58,116 bases of DNA from an uncultured Candidatus Saccharibacteria bacterium (lineage in GTDB: Bacteria > Patescibacteriota > Minisyncoccia > Phycocordibacterales > UBA5272): contig CAZJDZ010000006.1 of assembly GCA_964544935.1 (NCBI GenBank), forward strand, positions 1-58,116, in the 5' to 3' direction. Positions 9,036 through 17,789 of this stretch are shown here, one piece after another; position 1 is the first letter of the stretch, and every line of letters begins with the position of its first letter. A model generated the notes under the pieces. The model worked only from the letters and a program-made list of their open reading frames with translations, ran no database searches and was not told where the DNA came from. The position numbers were made by a program, and so were the translations under genes.

Positions 9036-9656
9036 ATGAGTAGAATTACCTGTAAAACATGTCGCCGTCTCGGAGAGTCACTTTGTGGCCGTGAGAAGTG
9101 CGCCTTCAAAAAACGCCCATATGCTCCTGGAAAGCTAGATAGTGAACGAAAGCATCGTTCTAACGTTTCAGAATACGGAGAGCAACTTCGTGCTAAGCAA
9201 AAGATGCGCCATACCTACGGGCTTATGGAGAAGCAGTTTGCTATGTACGTGAAGCGTGCAACAGCAACTCATGAATCAGGTGAGGGGTCTATTACTCCTG
9301 CACTTAAGCTTGCTCGTCAGCTTGAGTCACGTCTTGATAATATTGTATACCGTGCTGGATTTGCCAACACTCGAGCTCTTGCTCGCCAGATGGTTTCTCA
9401 CGGACACATTATTGTTAATGGTCGTCGTATTAATATTGCTTCACATCAGGTAAAAATTGGTGATGTTATCGCTATCCGTGAGGGTAGTAAGGTAACAAAG
9501 CTCTTTACTAACCTTGAGGAGAAGTTAACAGCACTTGCGCCAAGTTACGTACTTACGCTTGATCCGAAAGCTTTCAAAGCAGAAGTTAAAGCAGAAGTTC
9601 GTGAAGTTGAGGGTATGTTTGATACACAGAAAGTTCTCGAGTACTACTCACGATAG
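9036..9656 (+). CDS. rpsD: 30S ribosomal protein S4
   Basis: N-terminal zinc-ribbon-like CKTCRRLGESLCG. The S4 domain reads RLDNIVYRAGFANTRALARQMVSHGHIIVNGRRINIASHQVKIGD. Confidence 0.95.
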   Translation: MSRITCKTCRRLGESLCGREKCAFKKRPYAPGKLDSERKHRSNVSEYGEQLRAKQKMRHTYGLMEKQFAMYVKRATATHESGEGSITPALKLARQLESRLDNIVYRAGFANTRALARQMVSHGHIIVNGRRINIASHQVKIGDVIAIREGSKVTKLFTNLEEKLTALAPSYVLTLDPKAFKAEVKAEVREVEGMFDTQKVLEYYSR

Positions 9657-9756
9657 TAAGCATCTAGCTAGTAGCTACAGACAACTTACTTTTTGTGTGA
9701 ATATTAGTTTTGCTTTAGAATTTTCCAAAAGCCACAAGCTATCAACTAACACACAC

Positions 9757-9785
9757 TTGCATATTTTGCAATTTCGGGTTAGAAT
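9757..9785 (+). promoter_or_regulatory. Candidate sigma-70-type promoter upstream of rpoA
   Basis: TTGCAT (9757-9762), a 17-nt spacer, then TAGAAT (9780-9785), within the 200-nt rpsD-rpoA spacer. Confidence 0.4.
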
Positions 9786-9857
9786 AAAGCAACTTTACTT
9801 ATAAGGTGCAAAAGTGTGCGTCACTATTAACTTAAGGATACTATAAATACTGCATAT

Positions 9858-10820
9858 ATGTCTTCACATTCCATTATTTTGCCATCAAAACCAAGAATTG
9901 TTAAAGAAGATGCTACTTCAGGTGTGTACGAAATCGACGGTCTCTACCCAGGATACGGTCATACTCTCGGCAACTCACTTCGTCGTATTATTCTCTCATC
10001 TATTCCTGGTGCTTCTATTACAGCACTCTCTATCGACGGTGTAAAGCATGAGTTCTCATCAATTGATGGTATTAAGGAAGATGTTATTGCAATTATTCTT
10101 AATCTTAAGAAGACTCGTTTTAAACTCCATGGAGATGACGCTCAGAAGGCAACTCTTCATATCAAAGGAGCAAAGACAATCACTGCAGCTAATATCTCAG
10201 CACCTTCACAGCTTGAAGTTATGAACGGAGATCAGTACATTTGTGAATCAACAGCAAAAGATATTGATATCGCAGTTGAAATCACTGTAGAAAAAGGTCT
10301 TGGGTATGTTCCTCGTGAAGTTCTTCAGAAGGAAAAAGCTGACATTGGCACTATCTTCCTTGATGCATCATTTACACCTATTCGTCGCGCAAGTTACGAA
10401 GTAGAAAACATGCGTGTTGGTGATCGTACTGACCATAACCGTCTTCGTGTTACTATTGAAACTGACGGAACTATTACTCCTCACGAAGCACTTGAGAGTT
10501 CAATTCATACAATGATCACACAGCTCCAATCTATCGTTGGATTCCGTGCTGAGGTAATCGATATGCCAAAGGAAGCTACTCCAGTATCTAGTGCTGAACT
10601 AGAATCACTTGATATTACTGATGCAAGTAAAGTAAAGATTGAAGACCTAGGTCTCTCAACTCGTACAGAGAACGCACTTGTAACAGCAGCTATTCGTACA
10701 GCAGGAGGACTTGCTCGCAAGTCAGAAGAAGATCTTCTCTCTCTTGATGGACTTGGAGAAAAAGGAATTACAGAAATTAAAAAAGCATTAGTAAATCTTG
10801 GACTTGAACTTAAGGCCTAG
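9858..10820 (+). CDS. rpoA: DNA-directed RNA polymerase subunit alpha
   Basis: N-terminal domain [28 protein letters not shown]. C-terminal HhH domain [26 protein letters not shown]. Confidence 0.95.
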   Translation: [320 protein letters not shown]

Positions 10821-10864
10821 ATATAGACCGACCGTAAGGGAAGGAAAGACATAACACACGACGT

Positions 10865-11218
10865 ATGAAACATCATAAAGCATTCAGAAAATTCGGACGA
10901 GAAAAGAATCAGCGCAAGGCATTTGTGCGAAGTCTTCTTATTAACCTTATCCGACATGGACGTATTGAAACTACGCTTGCAAGAGCTAAAGAAATTCGTC
11001 CTATGGTAGAGAAGCTAGTTACACTTGCAAAAGAGGATACAGTAGCACGTCGCCGCCTTATTATGTCTCGTCTCCTTAATCAGGATATCGAAGTGAAGAA
11101 GCTTTTTGCTGAGTATGCTCCTAAGTTCAAAGATGTTGAAGGTGGATATACTCGTATCCTTAAGCTCCCTACACGTCTTTCTGATGGTGCAGAGAAGGCT
11201 ATCATTGAATTCGTTTAA
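10865..11218 (+). CDS. rplQ: 50S ribosomal protein L17
   Basis: MKHHKAFRKFGREKNQRKAFVRSLLINLIRHGRIETTLARAKEIRP...GGYTRILKL. Confidence 0.93.
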   Translation: MKHHKAFRKFGREKNQRKAFVRSLLINLIRHGRIETTLARAKEIRPMVEKLVTLAKEDTVARRRLIMSRLLNQDIEVKKLFAEYAPKFKDVEGGYTRILKLPTRLSDGAEKAIIEFV

Positions 11219-11236
11219 TCTTTTAATATTACTACT

Positions 11237-11581
11237 ATGAATCACACAATTGACGCAACAGACAAAGCTCTCGGAAGAATCGCATCAGAAGCGGCGGCAC
11301 TTCTCAATGCAAAGGACAGTGTTAACTTCGTTAAGAACCGTGTAGCTGATGTAACAGTTACAGTAACTAACGCAAGTAAGCTTAAGGTAACAGGGAACAA
11401 GATGAACGAAAGTGTTCACAAGTCTTACTCTGGCTACCCAGGAGGTCTTAAAGAGATGCCTCTTAAGTACGTTGTAGAAAAGAAAGGATATGCTGAACTT
11501 ATTACTCACGCAGTAATGGGAATGCTTCCAAAGAATAGACTCCAAGATATTCGTATTAAAAACCTTATTATTAAGGACTAA
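11237..11581 (+). CDS. rplM: 50S ribosomal protein L13 (short, 114 aa)
   Basis: IDATDKALGRIASEAAALL...YSGYPGGLKE...AVMGMLPKNRL. It precedes rpsI, as in the conserved rplM-rpsI pair. Confidence 0.9.
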   Translation: MNHTIDATDKALGRIASEAAALLNAKDSVNFVKNRVADVTVTVTNASKLKVTGNKMNESVHKSYSGYPGGLKEMPLKYVVEKKGYAELITHAVMGMLPKNRLQDIRIKNLIIKD

Positions 11582-11605
11582 CCTCACACCTAGAATTATT
11601 ATCGT

Positions 11606-12013
11606 ATGTCAGTAGAAACTAAAAACCGTTATATCGAAGCAGTAGGTCGTCGTAAGACAGCTATCGCTCGCGTGCGCATCACTCCTTCAACCAAGGCGTC
11701 ATTTGTTGTAAATGACAAAGATGTTAAGGAATACTTCGTAACAGAAGACCTTCAGATGATCGCTCAGGAAGCTATCTCTAAATCAGAAATTGCTGAGAAG
11801 TTCACAGTAACTGTACACGTTCTAGGTGGAGGTATTCATGCTCAGGCTGAGGCTGTTCGCCACGGACTCTCTCGTACTCTTGTAGAACGTGATGAGCAAG
11901 TGAAGAACACACTTAAGAAGCTTGGCTTCCTTAAGCGTGACTCACGCCAGGTTGAACGAAAGAAATTCGGTCTCAAGAAAGCTCGTAAAGCTCCTACATG
12001 GAGTAAGCGCTAA
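11606..12013 (+). CDS. rpsI: 30S ribosomal protein S9
   Basis: AVGRRKTAIARVRI...GGGIHAQAEAVRHGLSRTL...LKRDSRQVERKKFGLKKARKAPTWSKR. Confidence 0.95.
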   Translation: MSVETKNRYIEAVGRRKTAIARVRITPSTKASFVVNDKDVKEYFVTEDLQMIAQEAISKSEIAEKFTVTVHVLGGGIHAQAEAVRHGLSRTLVERDEQVKNTLKKLGFLKRDSRQVERKKFGLKKARKAPTWSKR

Positions 12014-12063
12014 ATTAAAAAACCACCTCGTACGAGGTGGTTTTTTAATTTAGCGCTTACTCC
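12000..12063. terminator. 64-nt perfect palindrome (31-bp stem) acting as the rpsI terminator
   Basis: ggagtaagcgctaaattaaaaaaccacctcg-ta-cgaggtggttttttaatttagcgcttactcc. I checked the reverse complement by hand. The 5' arm contains the last rpsI codons and the stop. Confidence 0.75.
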
Positions 12064-12172
12064 CGCTGACCACGCAGACAGACACTGATGCCTTTATTGT
12101 TTAAAAATTTCTCGCGCCTTGCATTCATTTCAATATGTATAATGTTTATAAAAGCGTTAATTACACAAAACA

Positions 12173-12204
12173 GAAAAACCGTCTCTCACGAGACGGTTTT
12201 TCTC
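12173..12204 (+). terminator. Second rho-independent terminator-like hairpin in the rpsI-grpE spacer
   Basis: Arm gaaaaaccgtctc, loop tcac, arm gagacggtttttc. Confidence 0.6.
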
Positions 12205-12224
12205 AACCTTAACCAGATAGATTC

Positions 12225-12253
12225 TTGACTTTTTTTTAGTAATAGTTTATAAA
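12225..12253 (+). promoter_or_regulatory. Candidate sigma-70-type promoter for grpE-dnaK
   Basis: TTGACT (12225-12230), a 17-nt spacer, then TATAAA (12248-12253). It lies about 130 nt upstream of the grpE ATG. Confidence 0.5.
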
Positions 12254-12386
12254 AATATAGTACAGCAAAGAAGTGAAATTTCTGATATGATTAGGTAAAG
12301 AGAGCACGACAGACACGAAAGAACGACACAATGAACAAGATGTATTTTTAATTGATATTTAGTAATTTTTGAACCTTTAGAATTAT

Positions 12387-12986
12387 ATGCACAATGAACA
12401 CAACGATGATATTCTAGATGTTAATGAAAATGAAACAGCTACAGAGCAAGACGATGTCTCGTTCGAGGATGTTGATGAAGATGGTGAAGAAAACACTCGC
12501 ACAACTATCAAAAAGTTGCGAGAAAAAATCAAGAAATTAGAAGCTGAAAAGCAAGAGTATCTAGACCTTTCTCAGCGAACCCGTGCAGATTATGCAAATT
12601 ATAAAAAGGAGGTAGAAACGAATCGTATTAGTGACCGCAAGTTCGCAACAAAACGATTTATTGAAGATCTTCTTCCTGTGCTCGACGCATATGATATGGC
12701 ACAGGCCAACAAAGAAGCGTGGGAGAAAGTTGATGCAAATTGGCGTATGGGAATCGAGTACATATTCAATCAGATGAAGACAGTGCTTGAAGGAGAAGGT
12801 GTTACTCAGTTCGGAAAAATAGGTGATACGTTTGATCCACTTCTTCACGAGACAATGCAGTCAGTTCCAGTAGAGAATGAGAGTGAAGACGGAAAAGTTT
12901 TCCGCATCCTCCAGAATGGATATAAGATGCACGACTCGATACTGCGCCCAGCACGTGTTCATGTAGGAAGTAAGAAAACAGATTAG
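12387..12986 (+). CDS. grpE: Nucleotide exchange factor GrpE
   Basis: Acidic N-terminus, coiled coil, then RTRADYANYKKE...LLPVLDAYDMA...FDPLLHETM...GYKMHDSILRPARV. Confidence 0.9.
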   Translation: MHNEHNDDILDVNENETATEQDDVSFEDVDEDGEENTRTTIKKLREKIKKLEAEKQEYLDLSQRTRADYANYKKEVETNRISDRKFATKRFIEDLLPVLDAYDMAQANKEAWEKVDANWRMGIEYIFNQMKTVLEGEGVTQFGKIGDTFDPLLHETMQSVPVENESEDGKVFRILQNGYKMHDSILRPARVHVGSKKTD

Positions 12987-13083
12987 ATAGACGTCACAAT
13001 ATATACAAAGAAGACGACAAGAGAAAGAAATGGTACATGTACCAACAACTAATTACGAATAACTAATAACAAGAATTTATATT

Positions 13084-14964
13084 ATGGCAAAAATAATTGG
13101 AATCGACCTTGGAACAACCAACTCAGCTGTTGCTATCATTGAAGCAGGACAGCCAAAAATAATTGAGAACCTTGAAGGAAATCGCACAACACCATCTGTT
13201 GTTTCTGTGAACAAGAATGGTGAGCGTTCTGTTGGGCAGATAGCAAAGCGCCAAGCTGTAACTAACCCAAAAGACACTGTCTATGGAGTAAAGCGCTTCA
13301 TGGGGCATTCATTTTCTGACAAAGAAGTTCAGGCTGATATTCCACGTGTAGCATACACGATCAAGAAAGGAGATAACGACGGGGTGCTAATCACTCTTGG
13401 TGGTAAAGATTCTCGCCCAGAAGAAATTAGTGCGATGATTCTTCAGAAGATCAAGGCAGATGTAGAAGCGAAGCTTGGTGAGACTATCACAGAGGCTATC
13501 ATCACTGTACCTGCGTATTTTAATGATACACAGCGTCAGGCAACAATCGACGCGGGTAAGATCGCAGGACTTGATGTTAAACGTATTATTCCTGAACCTA
13601 CTGCAGCTGCGCTCGCGTATGGATTTAACAGTACAAAGAATGAAAAAATTGCTGTGTACGATTTTGGAGGAGGAACATTTGATATTTCTATTCTTGAAGT
13701 AGGTGATGGTGTTGTTGAAGTAAAGTCAGTTGACGGTGACTCACACCTTGGAGGCCGTGACATTGACCAGAAGTTCGTACAGTACATCGCTGCAGAATTT
13801 AAGAAAGATCAAGGTATTGATATCACTACTGATGCACTCGCTCTTCAGCGTCTTGATGAAGCTGCAGAAAAAGCAAAGCATGAGCTCTCAACTCAGATGG
13901 AAACAGAAATCAATCTTCCGTTCATCACATCAGGTGTAGATGGACCAAAGCACTTGGTTGTAAAAGTTACACGAGCAAAGCTTGAAGAAATTTCAAAAGA
14001 ATTTGTTGACCGTTCAATTGAGATTGCAAAGCGCGCAATCGCAGCATCTCCATTTAAGAAAGAAGAAATCAACGAAATTATTATGGTTGGAGGACAGACT
14101 CGTATGCCTATGATTGTTGAAGCCGTGAAAGAGCTCTTCGGTAAAGAACCTAACCGATCAATCAATCCTGACGAAGTGGTTGCTCTTGGTGCAGCAGTTC
14201 AAGCTGGTGTTCTACAGGGGGATGTGAAGGATGTTCTTCTTCTTGATGTGATTCCACTTTCACTTGGTATCGAGACTATGGGAGGGGTTGCAACAAAGCT
14301 TGTAGAAAAGAACATGACTATTCCAACATCGAAGTCTCAGATTTTCTCAACTGCAGCTGACAATCAGACATCTGTAGAAATTCATATCACACAAGGTGAG
14401 CGTCCACTTGCAGCTGATAATAAGTCTCTTGGAAGATTTATTCTCGATGGTATTCCACCAGCACCACGTGGAGTTCCACAAGTAGAAGTTACCTTTGATG
14501 TGGACGCTAACGGTATTCTTAATGTGACCGCAAAAGATAAAACATCAGGCAAAGTACAAACAATTCGTATCGAAGCATCATCTGGTCTAAGTGATGAAGA
14601 CATCAAACGTATGCAGTCTGATGCAGAAGCTCATGCTGATGAAGATAAGAAGAAGATGGAACTTATCGAAGCAAAGAATATTGCTGACTCAATGGTGCAC
14701 ACTGCAGAGAAGTCACTCAAAGATGCGGGAGATAAAATAACTCCTGAACTACGCAAGGAGATTGAAGATGCTATCAATGATGTGAAGACTGCACGCGGTG
14801 GAGATAATATCGACACTATCAAAAAATCATCTGAGACTCTTTCAGACAAGATGATGAAGATTGGTGAGGCGATGAAGACTGCAAATGATAACGCATCACA
14901 AGCTGAGCAACCAGCACCAGAAGCTACTGCTGAAGAAAAGAAAGAAGGGGAAGCAACTGCATAG
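13084..14964 (+). CDS. dnaK: Molecular chaperone DnaK (Hsp70)
   Basis: [26 protein letters not shown] and [10 protein letters not shown] signatures over a full-length 626 aa. Confidence 0.97.
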   Translation: MAKIIGIDLGTTNSAVAIIEAGQPKIIENLEGNRTTPSVVSVNKNGERSVGQIAKRQAVTNPKDTVYGVKRFMGHSFSDKEVQADIPRVAYTIKKGDNDGVLITLGGKDSRPEEISAMILQKIKADVEAKLGETITEAIITVPAYFNDTQRQATIDAGKIAGLDVKRIIPEPTAAALAYGFNSTKNEKIAVYDFGGGTFDISILEVGDGVVEVKSVDGDSHLGGRDIDQKFVQYIAAEFKKDQGIDITTDALALQRLDEAAEKAKHELSTQMETEINLPFITSGVDGPKHLVVKVTRAKLEEISKEFVDRSIEIAKRAIAASPFKKEEINEIIMVGGQTRMPMIVEAVKELFGKEPNRSINPDEVVALGAAVQAGVLQGDVKDVLLLDVIPLSLGIETMGGVATKLVEKNMTIPTSKSQIFSTAADNQTSVEIHITQGERPLAADNKSLGRFILDGIPPAPRGVPQVEVTFDVDANGILNVTAKDKTSGKVQTIRIEASSGLSDEDIKRMQSDAEAHADEDKKKMELIEAKNIADSMVHTAEKSLKDAGDKITPELRKEIEDAINDVKTARGGDNIDTIKKSSETLSDKMMKIGEAMKTANDNASQAEQPAPEATAEEKKEGEATA

Positions 14965-14993
14965 TATTTTTTGGTTTTTAAAGTTAAATAGGA

Positions 14994-15026
14994 AAAAGGC
15001 GTAGTGAGTAGTCACTACGCCTTTTA
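14994..15026. terminator. Bidirectional rho-independent terminator (dnaK on + and paralog A on -)
   Basis: Stem ggcgtagtga / tcactacgcc flanked by an A-run and a T-run. The stop of the minus-strand gene abuts it at 15024. Confidence 0.75.
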
Positions 15027-15686
15027 TGTTTCAGGTTGAATAAAGTGCTCAAGTTGTTTGAAACTAAAAAATATTTCTCCTGTCCTGAGCCATTCATCAA
15101 GTTGTTGAATATTGATAAAAGAAACAGCATCTCGGTATGGTCTATTGATTGTAGGTCTACCAGCACATGTTGAGATTCTTCCAAGGTGGTGAGAAAGAAA
15201 AGGTATACCTTTTTTACTCATAGCAGCTTGTGCAACATCATTAAGTTGTTGTATTAGAAACAAAACTATTGCCGAAGCCGAAGCTTCAAAAAGACCTTGA
15301 GAGTTTGCGTACTCACGAAGAAGTATGACTTGTCGATCTTCTTTTTCATTATCAAATTCTTCAAATGAGTAAGCCCTCACAACACAAGCTTTTCCAAGAC
15401 TCAAACTTGCAACCTCATACGGAGGTAGAGATCTGTACACAAAAACCTTAGAAGGTGTTTCTCTCCCGATGCCGAGTTCTTTCGGGTCAAAGAAATAAAC
15501 ACCACTTTTCTTCTTTGGTCTTTGTTCACGAAGAGCAAGTTCAATTTTATTGATATACCCTTTCGAGATATCTGGAATTACTGATACAACAAAAAGCTCT
15601 TTTGTGGTTGGATCAATGTAGACACCATCCTCAATTCGCCTTGTACCAGCCGCATCTATTGCAATTACTGAAAGCACTGCGCTCAT
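15024..15686 (-). CDS. Uncharacterised protein, paralog A of a tandem pair (220 aa)
   Basis: ATG start with its own promoter and terminator. It shares blocks with the 15810..16463 product: AID..G.RRI.DG, FFDP, P.K.FVY.S.PP, YSF.EF, IPFL, G.PTINRP...AVS.IN..QLD.WL. Confidence 0.65.
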   Translation of the reverse strand: MSAVLSVIAIDAAGTRRIEDGVYIDPTTKELFVVSVIPDISKGYINKIELALREQRPKKKSGVYFFDPKELGIGRETPSKVFVYRSLPPYEVASLSLGKACVVRAYSFEEFDNEKEDRQVILLREYANSQGLFEASASAIVLFLIQQLNDVAQAAMSKKGIPFLSHHLGRISTCAGRPTINRPYRDAVSFINIQQLDEWLRTGEIFFSFKQLEHFIQPET

Positions 15687-15716
15687 GATCGTTCCCTTAA
15701 AAGTTCGACTATATTT

Positions 15717-15744
15717 AAACTATCATGTTTAATTTAAAAGTCAA
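15717..15744 (-). promoter_or_regulatory. Candidate promoter of paralog A
   Basis: The minus strand reads TTGACT-N16-TAGTTT, preceded by TGA (extended -10). The same arrangement is conserved upstream of paralog B. Confidence 0.45.
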
Positions 15745-15760
15745 TTTTTCTAGAATAGAA

Positions 15761-15793
15761 AAAAGGCGCAGCGATACTCGCTGCGCCTTTTGG
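15761..15793 (-). terminator. Rho-independent terminator of paralog B
   Basis: Arm aaaaggcgcagcga, loop tact, arm cgctgcgcctttt. Confidence 0.7.
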
Positions 15794-15809
15794 CAATTTG
15801 AGGAACTTT

Positions 15810-16463
15810 TTATTTTTTGAGTAGTTCCTCAAGCTGTGAAAGTGAGAATGGAAGCGGTTGATTGCTAAGCCAAGCATCAAGCTGCTCTGCATTGATAGCA
15901 GAAACAGCATTTTGGTTTGGTCTGTTGATCGTTGGTTGACCCCGAGAGACAACCACTTTTTCTGATTGGTATCCGAGAAAAGGAATGTTCTCTGCTTTAA
16001 ACATATCCGCAGCCGCAGCATTCACTTGTCCAACAAGGAATGTGATGATCTCTTTGGAAGGCGCTCCCTGCTTTCCTTGAGAATCTGTGTAGCCGCGAAT
16101 CAGTCTGGCTTGCAGGTCTTCGATGGCATCAGTGAATTCGTCAAACGAGTACTTTTGTGCGACAAGACCCCAGCCGAGTCGAATCCTTGTAGACTTGTTA
16201 GGAGGGGAAGAACTGTACACAAAGATTTTTGTTGGGGCATTTTTCTTGATACTGGAATCGAACGGATCAAAGAAGTGAGAGCCCGGCCCCCTCGGCGTTT
16301 GGTTGCGAAGTGCCTCTTGCACTTTGGCTGAGGAACTCTGTGAAAATACAGGTACTACCACCCCAATGTTTACCTCAAAGGTTTCTGGATTAACAAATAC
16401 ACCATCCGTAATTCTTCGGGCACCAGGGATGTCAATTGCAGTGAGTCGAAATATGGAGGTCAC
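15810..16463 (-). CDS. Uncharacterised protein, paralog B of a tandem pair (217 aa, GTG start)
   Basis: Homologous along its whole length to the 15024..15686 product. It has its own promoter-like and terminator elements. Confidence 0.65.
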   Translation of the reverse strand: MTSIFRLTAIDIPGARRITDGVFVNPETFEVNIGVVVPVFSQSSSAKVQEALRNQTPRGPGSHFFDPFDSSIKKNAPTKIFVYSSSPPNKSTRIRLGWGLVAQKYSFDEFTDAIEDLQARLIRGYTDSQGKQGAPSKEIITFLVGQVNAAAADMFKAENIPFLGYQSEKVVVSRGQPTINRPNQNAVSAINAEQLDAWLSNQPLPFSLSQLEELLKK

Positions 16464-16492
16464 AGTGTTTCCTTAAAAGTTCACCTACATTT

Positions 16493-16520
16493 AAACTATC
16501 ATGTTTTATATAAAAGTCAA
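16493..16520 (-). promoter_or_regulatory. Candidate promoter of paralog B
   Basis: The minus strand reads TTGACT-N16-TAGTTT with an upstream TGA. The surrounding roughly 70 nt are near-duplicates of 15690-15760. Confidence 0.45.
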
Positions 16521-16568
16521 TTTTAGACTTTTATTCTAAACCTAAATATGGTATAACAATACATACAT

Positions 16569-17654
16569 ATGACAAAAAATTATTATGATGTACTTGGTGT
16601 AGATAAGGGCGCTTCTAAGGATGATATTAAGAAGGCCTTCTATAAACTTGCTGCCAAATACCATCCTGATAAGAAAGGAGGGGACGAGGCTAAGTTTAAG
16701 GAAATTAACGAGGCTTATCAAACGCTTTCTGATGAAAAGAAACGAAAAGAGTATGATACCTACGGACAAACCTTCAACGGACAAGGTCCTCAAGGTGGTG
16801 CAGGGTTCGGAGGTTTTGGTGGATTCAATCAAGGTGACTTTGCTGATATGCAATTTGATTTTGGTGACCTTGGAGATATTTTTGGTGACATGTTCGGTGG
16901 TGGATTTGGAGGTGGTGCACGCCAGAAGCGCGGACGCGACATCTCGCTTGAAATCGATGTGCCATTTACAGAGGCTATTTTTGGAACAGAGCGTAATGTG
17001 CTTATTTCAAAAGTTTCTACCTGTGTTACATGTTCTGGATCAGGAGCAAAAGTTGGAACCAAGAAGAAGACATGTACTACCTGTAATGGTCAAGGAAAAG
17101 TTCATGATGTTAAGAAGACATTCATGGGTAACTTTCAAACAGTACACACCTGTTCTACATGTAATGGTGTAGGACAAATCCCAGAAGAGAAGTGTCATGA
17201 TTGTAAAGGTAATGGTGTTGTAAATAAACGAGAAGAAATTAACATTTCAGTTCCTGCAGGAATCTCAAATGGTGAAATGATTCGCATGACAGGAATGGGT
17301 GAGGCGGTTGCACAAGGTGTTACTGGTGACTTGTATGTGAAGATTAATGTTATTCCTCATAAAATATGGAAACGAGAGGGTAATGACCTTACGATTACTC
17401 ATGAGATTAAACTAACTGATGCACTACTTGGTGTAAAGCACACCGTTGACGGGCTAGACGGAAGTATTGAGATTGAGATAGCTCCAGGTGCTCAAGCTGG
17501 CGAAATCTTGCGTGTGAAGGGTCGCGGAGTCCCACATGTACACGAGAAGAATAAGAGAGGTGATGTACTTGTAAAGCTTCATATTGCGATGCCAAAGAAA
17601 CTTTCAAAGAAAGCACAATCGTTTATCGAAGGGTTGAAGGAAGAAGGGCTTTAA
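16569..17654 (+). CDS. dnaJ: Molecular chaperone DnaJ (Hsp40, type I)
   Basis: J domain (DYYDVLGV...KYHPDK), a G/F-rich linker, and four CxxCxGxG zinc motifs ([32 protein letters not shown]). Confidence 0.95.
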   Translation: MTKNYYDVLGVDKGASKDDIKKAFYKLAAKYHPDKKGGDEAKFKEINEAYQTLSDEKKRKEYDTYGQTFNGQGPQGGAGFGGFGGFNQGDFADMQFDFGDLGDIFGDMFGGGFGGGARQKRGRDISLEIDVPFTEAIFGTERNVLISKVSTCVTCSGSGAKVGTKKKTCTTCNGQGKVHDVKKTFMGNFQTVHTCSTCNGVGQIPEEKCHDCKGNGVVNKREEINISVPAGISNGEMIRMTGMGEAVAQGVTGDLYVKINVIPHKIWKREGNDLTITHEIKLTDALLGVKHTVDGLDGSIEIEIAPGAQAGEILRVKGRGVPHVHEKNKRGDVLVKLHIAMPKKLSKKAQSFIEGLKEEGL

Positions 17655-17689
17655 AACAGCTGTTAGCTTGTAGGTTAGTAGCTTGATAC

Positions 17690-17735
17690 AAAAATACAGA
17701 GGGTGCGGCCTTCGGCCGCACCCTCTGTATTTTTC
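17690..17735 (+). terminator. Rho-independent terminator (21-bp perfect stem)
   Basis: Arm aaaaatacagagggtgcggcc, loop ttcg, arm ggccgcaccctctgtattttt. Confidence 0.8.
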
Positions 17736-17789
17736 TTTTCCGGTATCTCATGTACACTAATAGCTATATAACCTAAATAACGTATTTAT

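Noticed and set aside
9535-9804. 89-aa ORF spanning the rpsD end and the rpsD-rpoA spacer
   Set aside because: It overlaps rpsD out of frame and continues through a promoter-like spacer. No coding features.
12014-12386. Looked for CIRCE or HAIR heat-shock operators upstream of grpE
   Set aside because: No TTAGCACTC-N9-GAGTGCTAA or CTTGAGT-N7-ACTCAAG-like inverted repeat is present. Only the hairpin terminators and the repeated CACG..GACAGACAC word were found.
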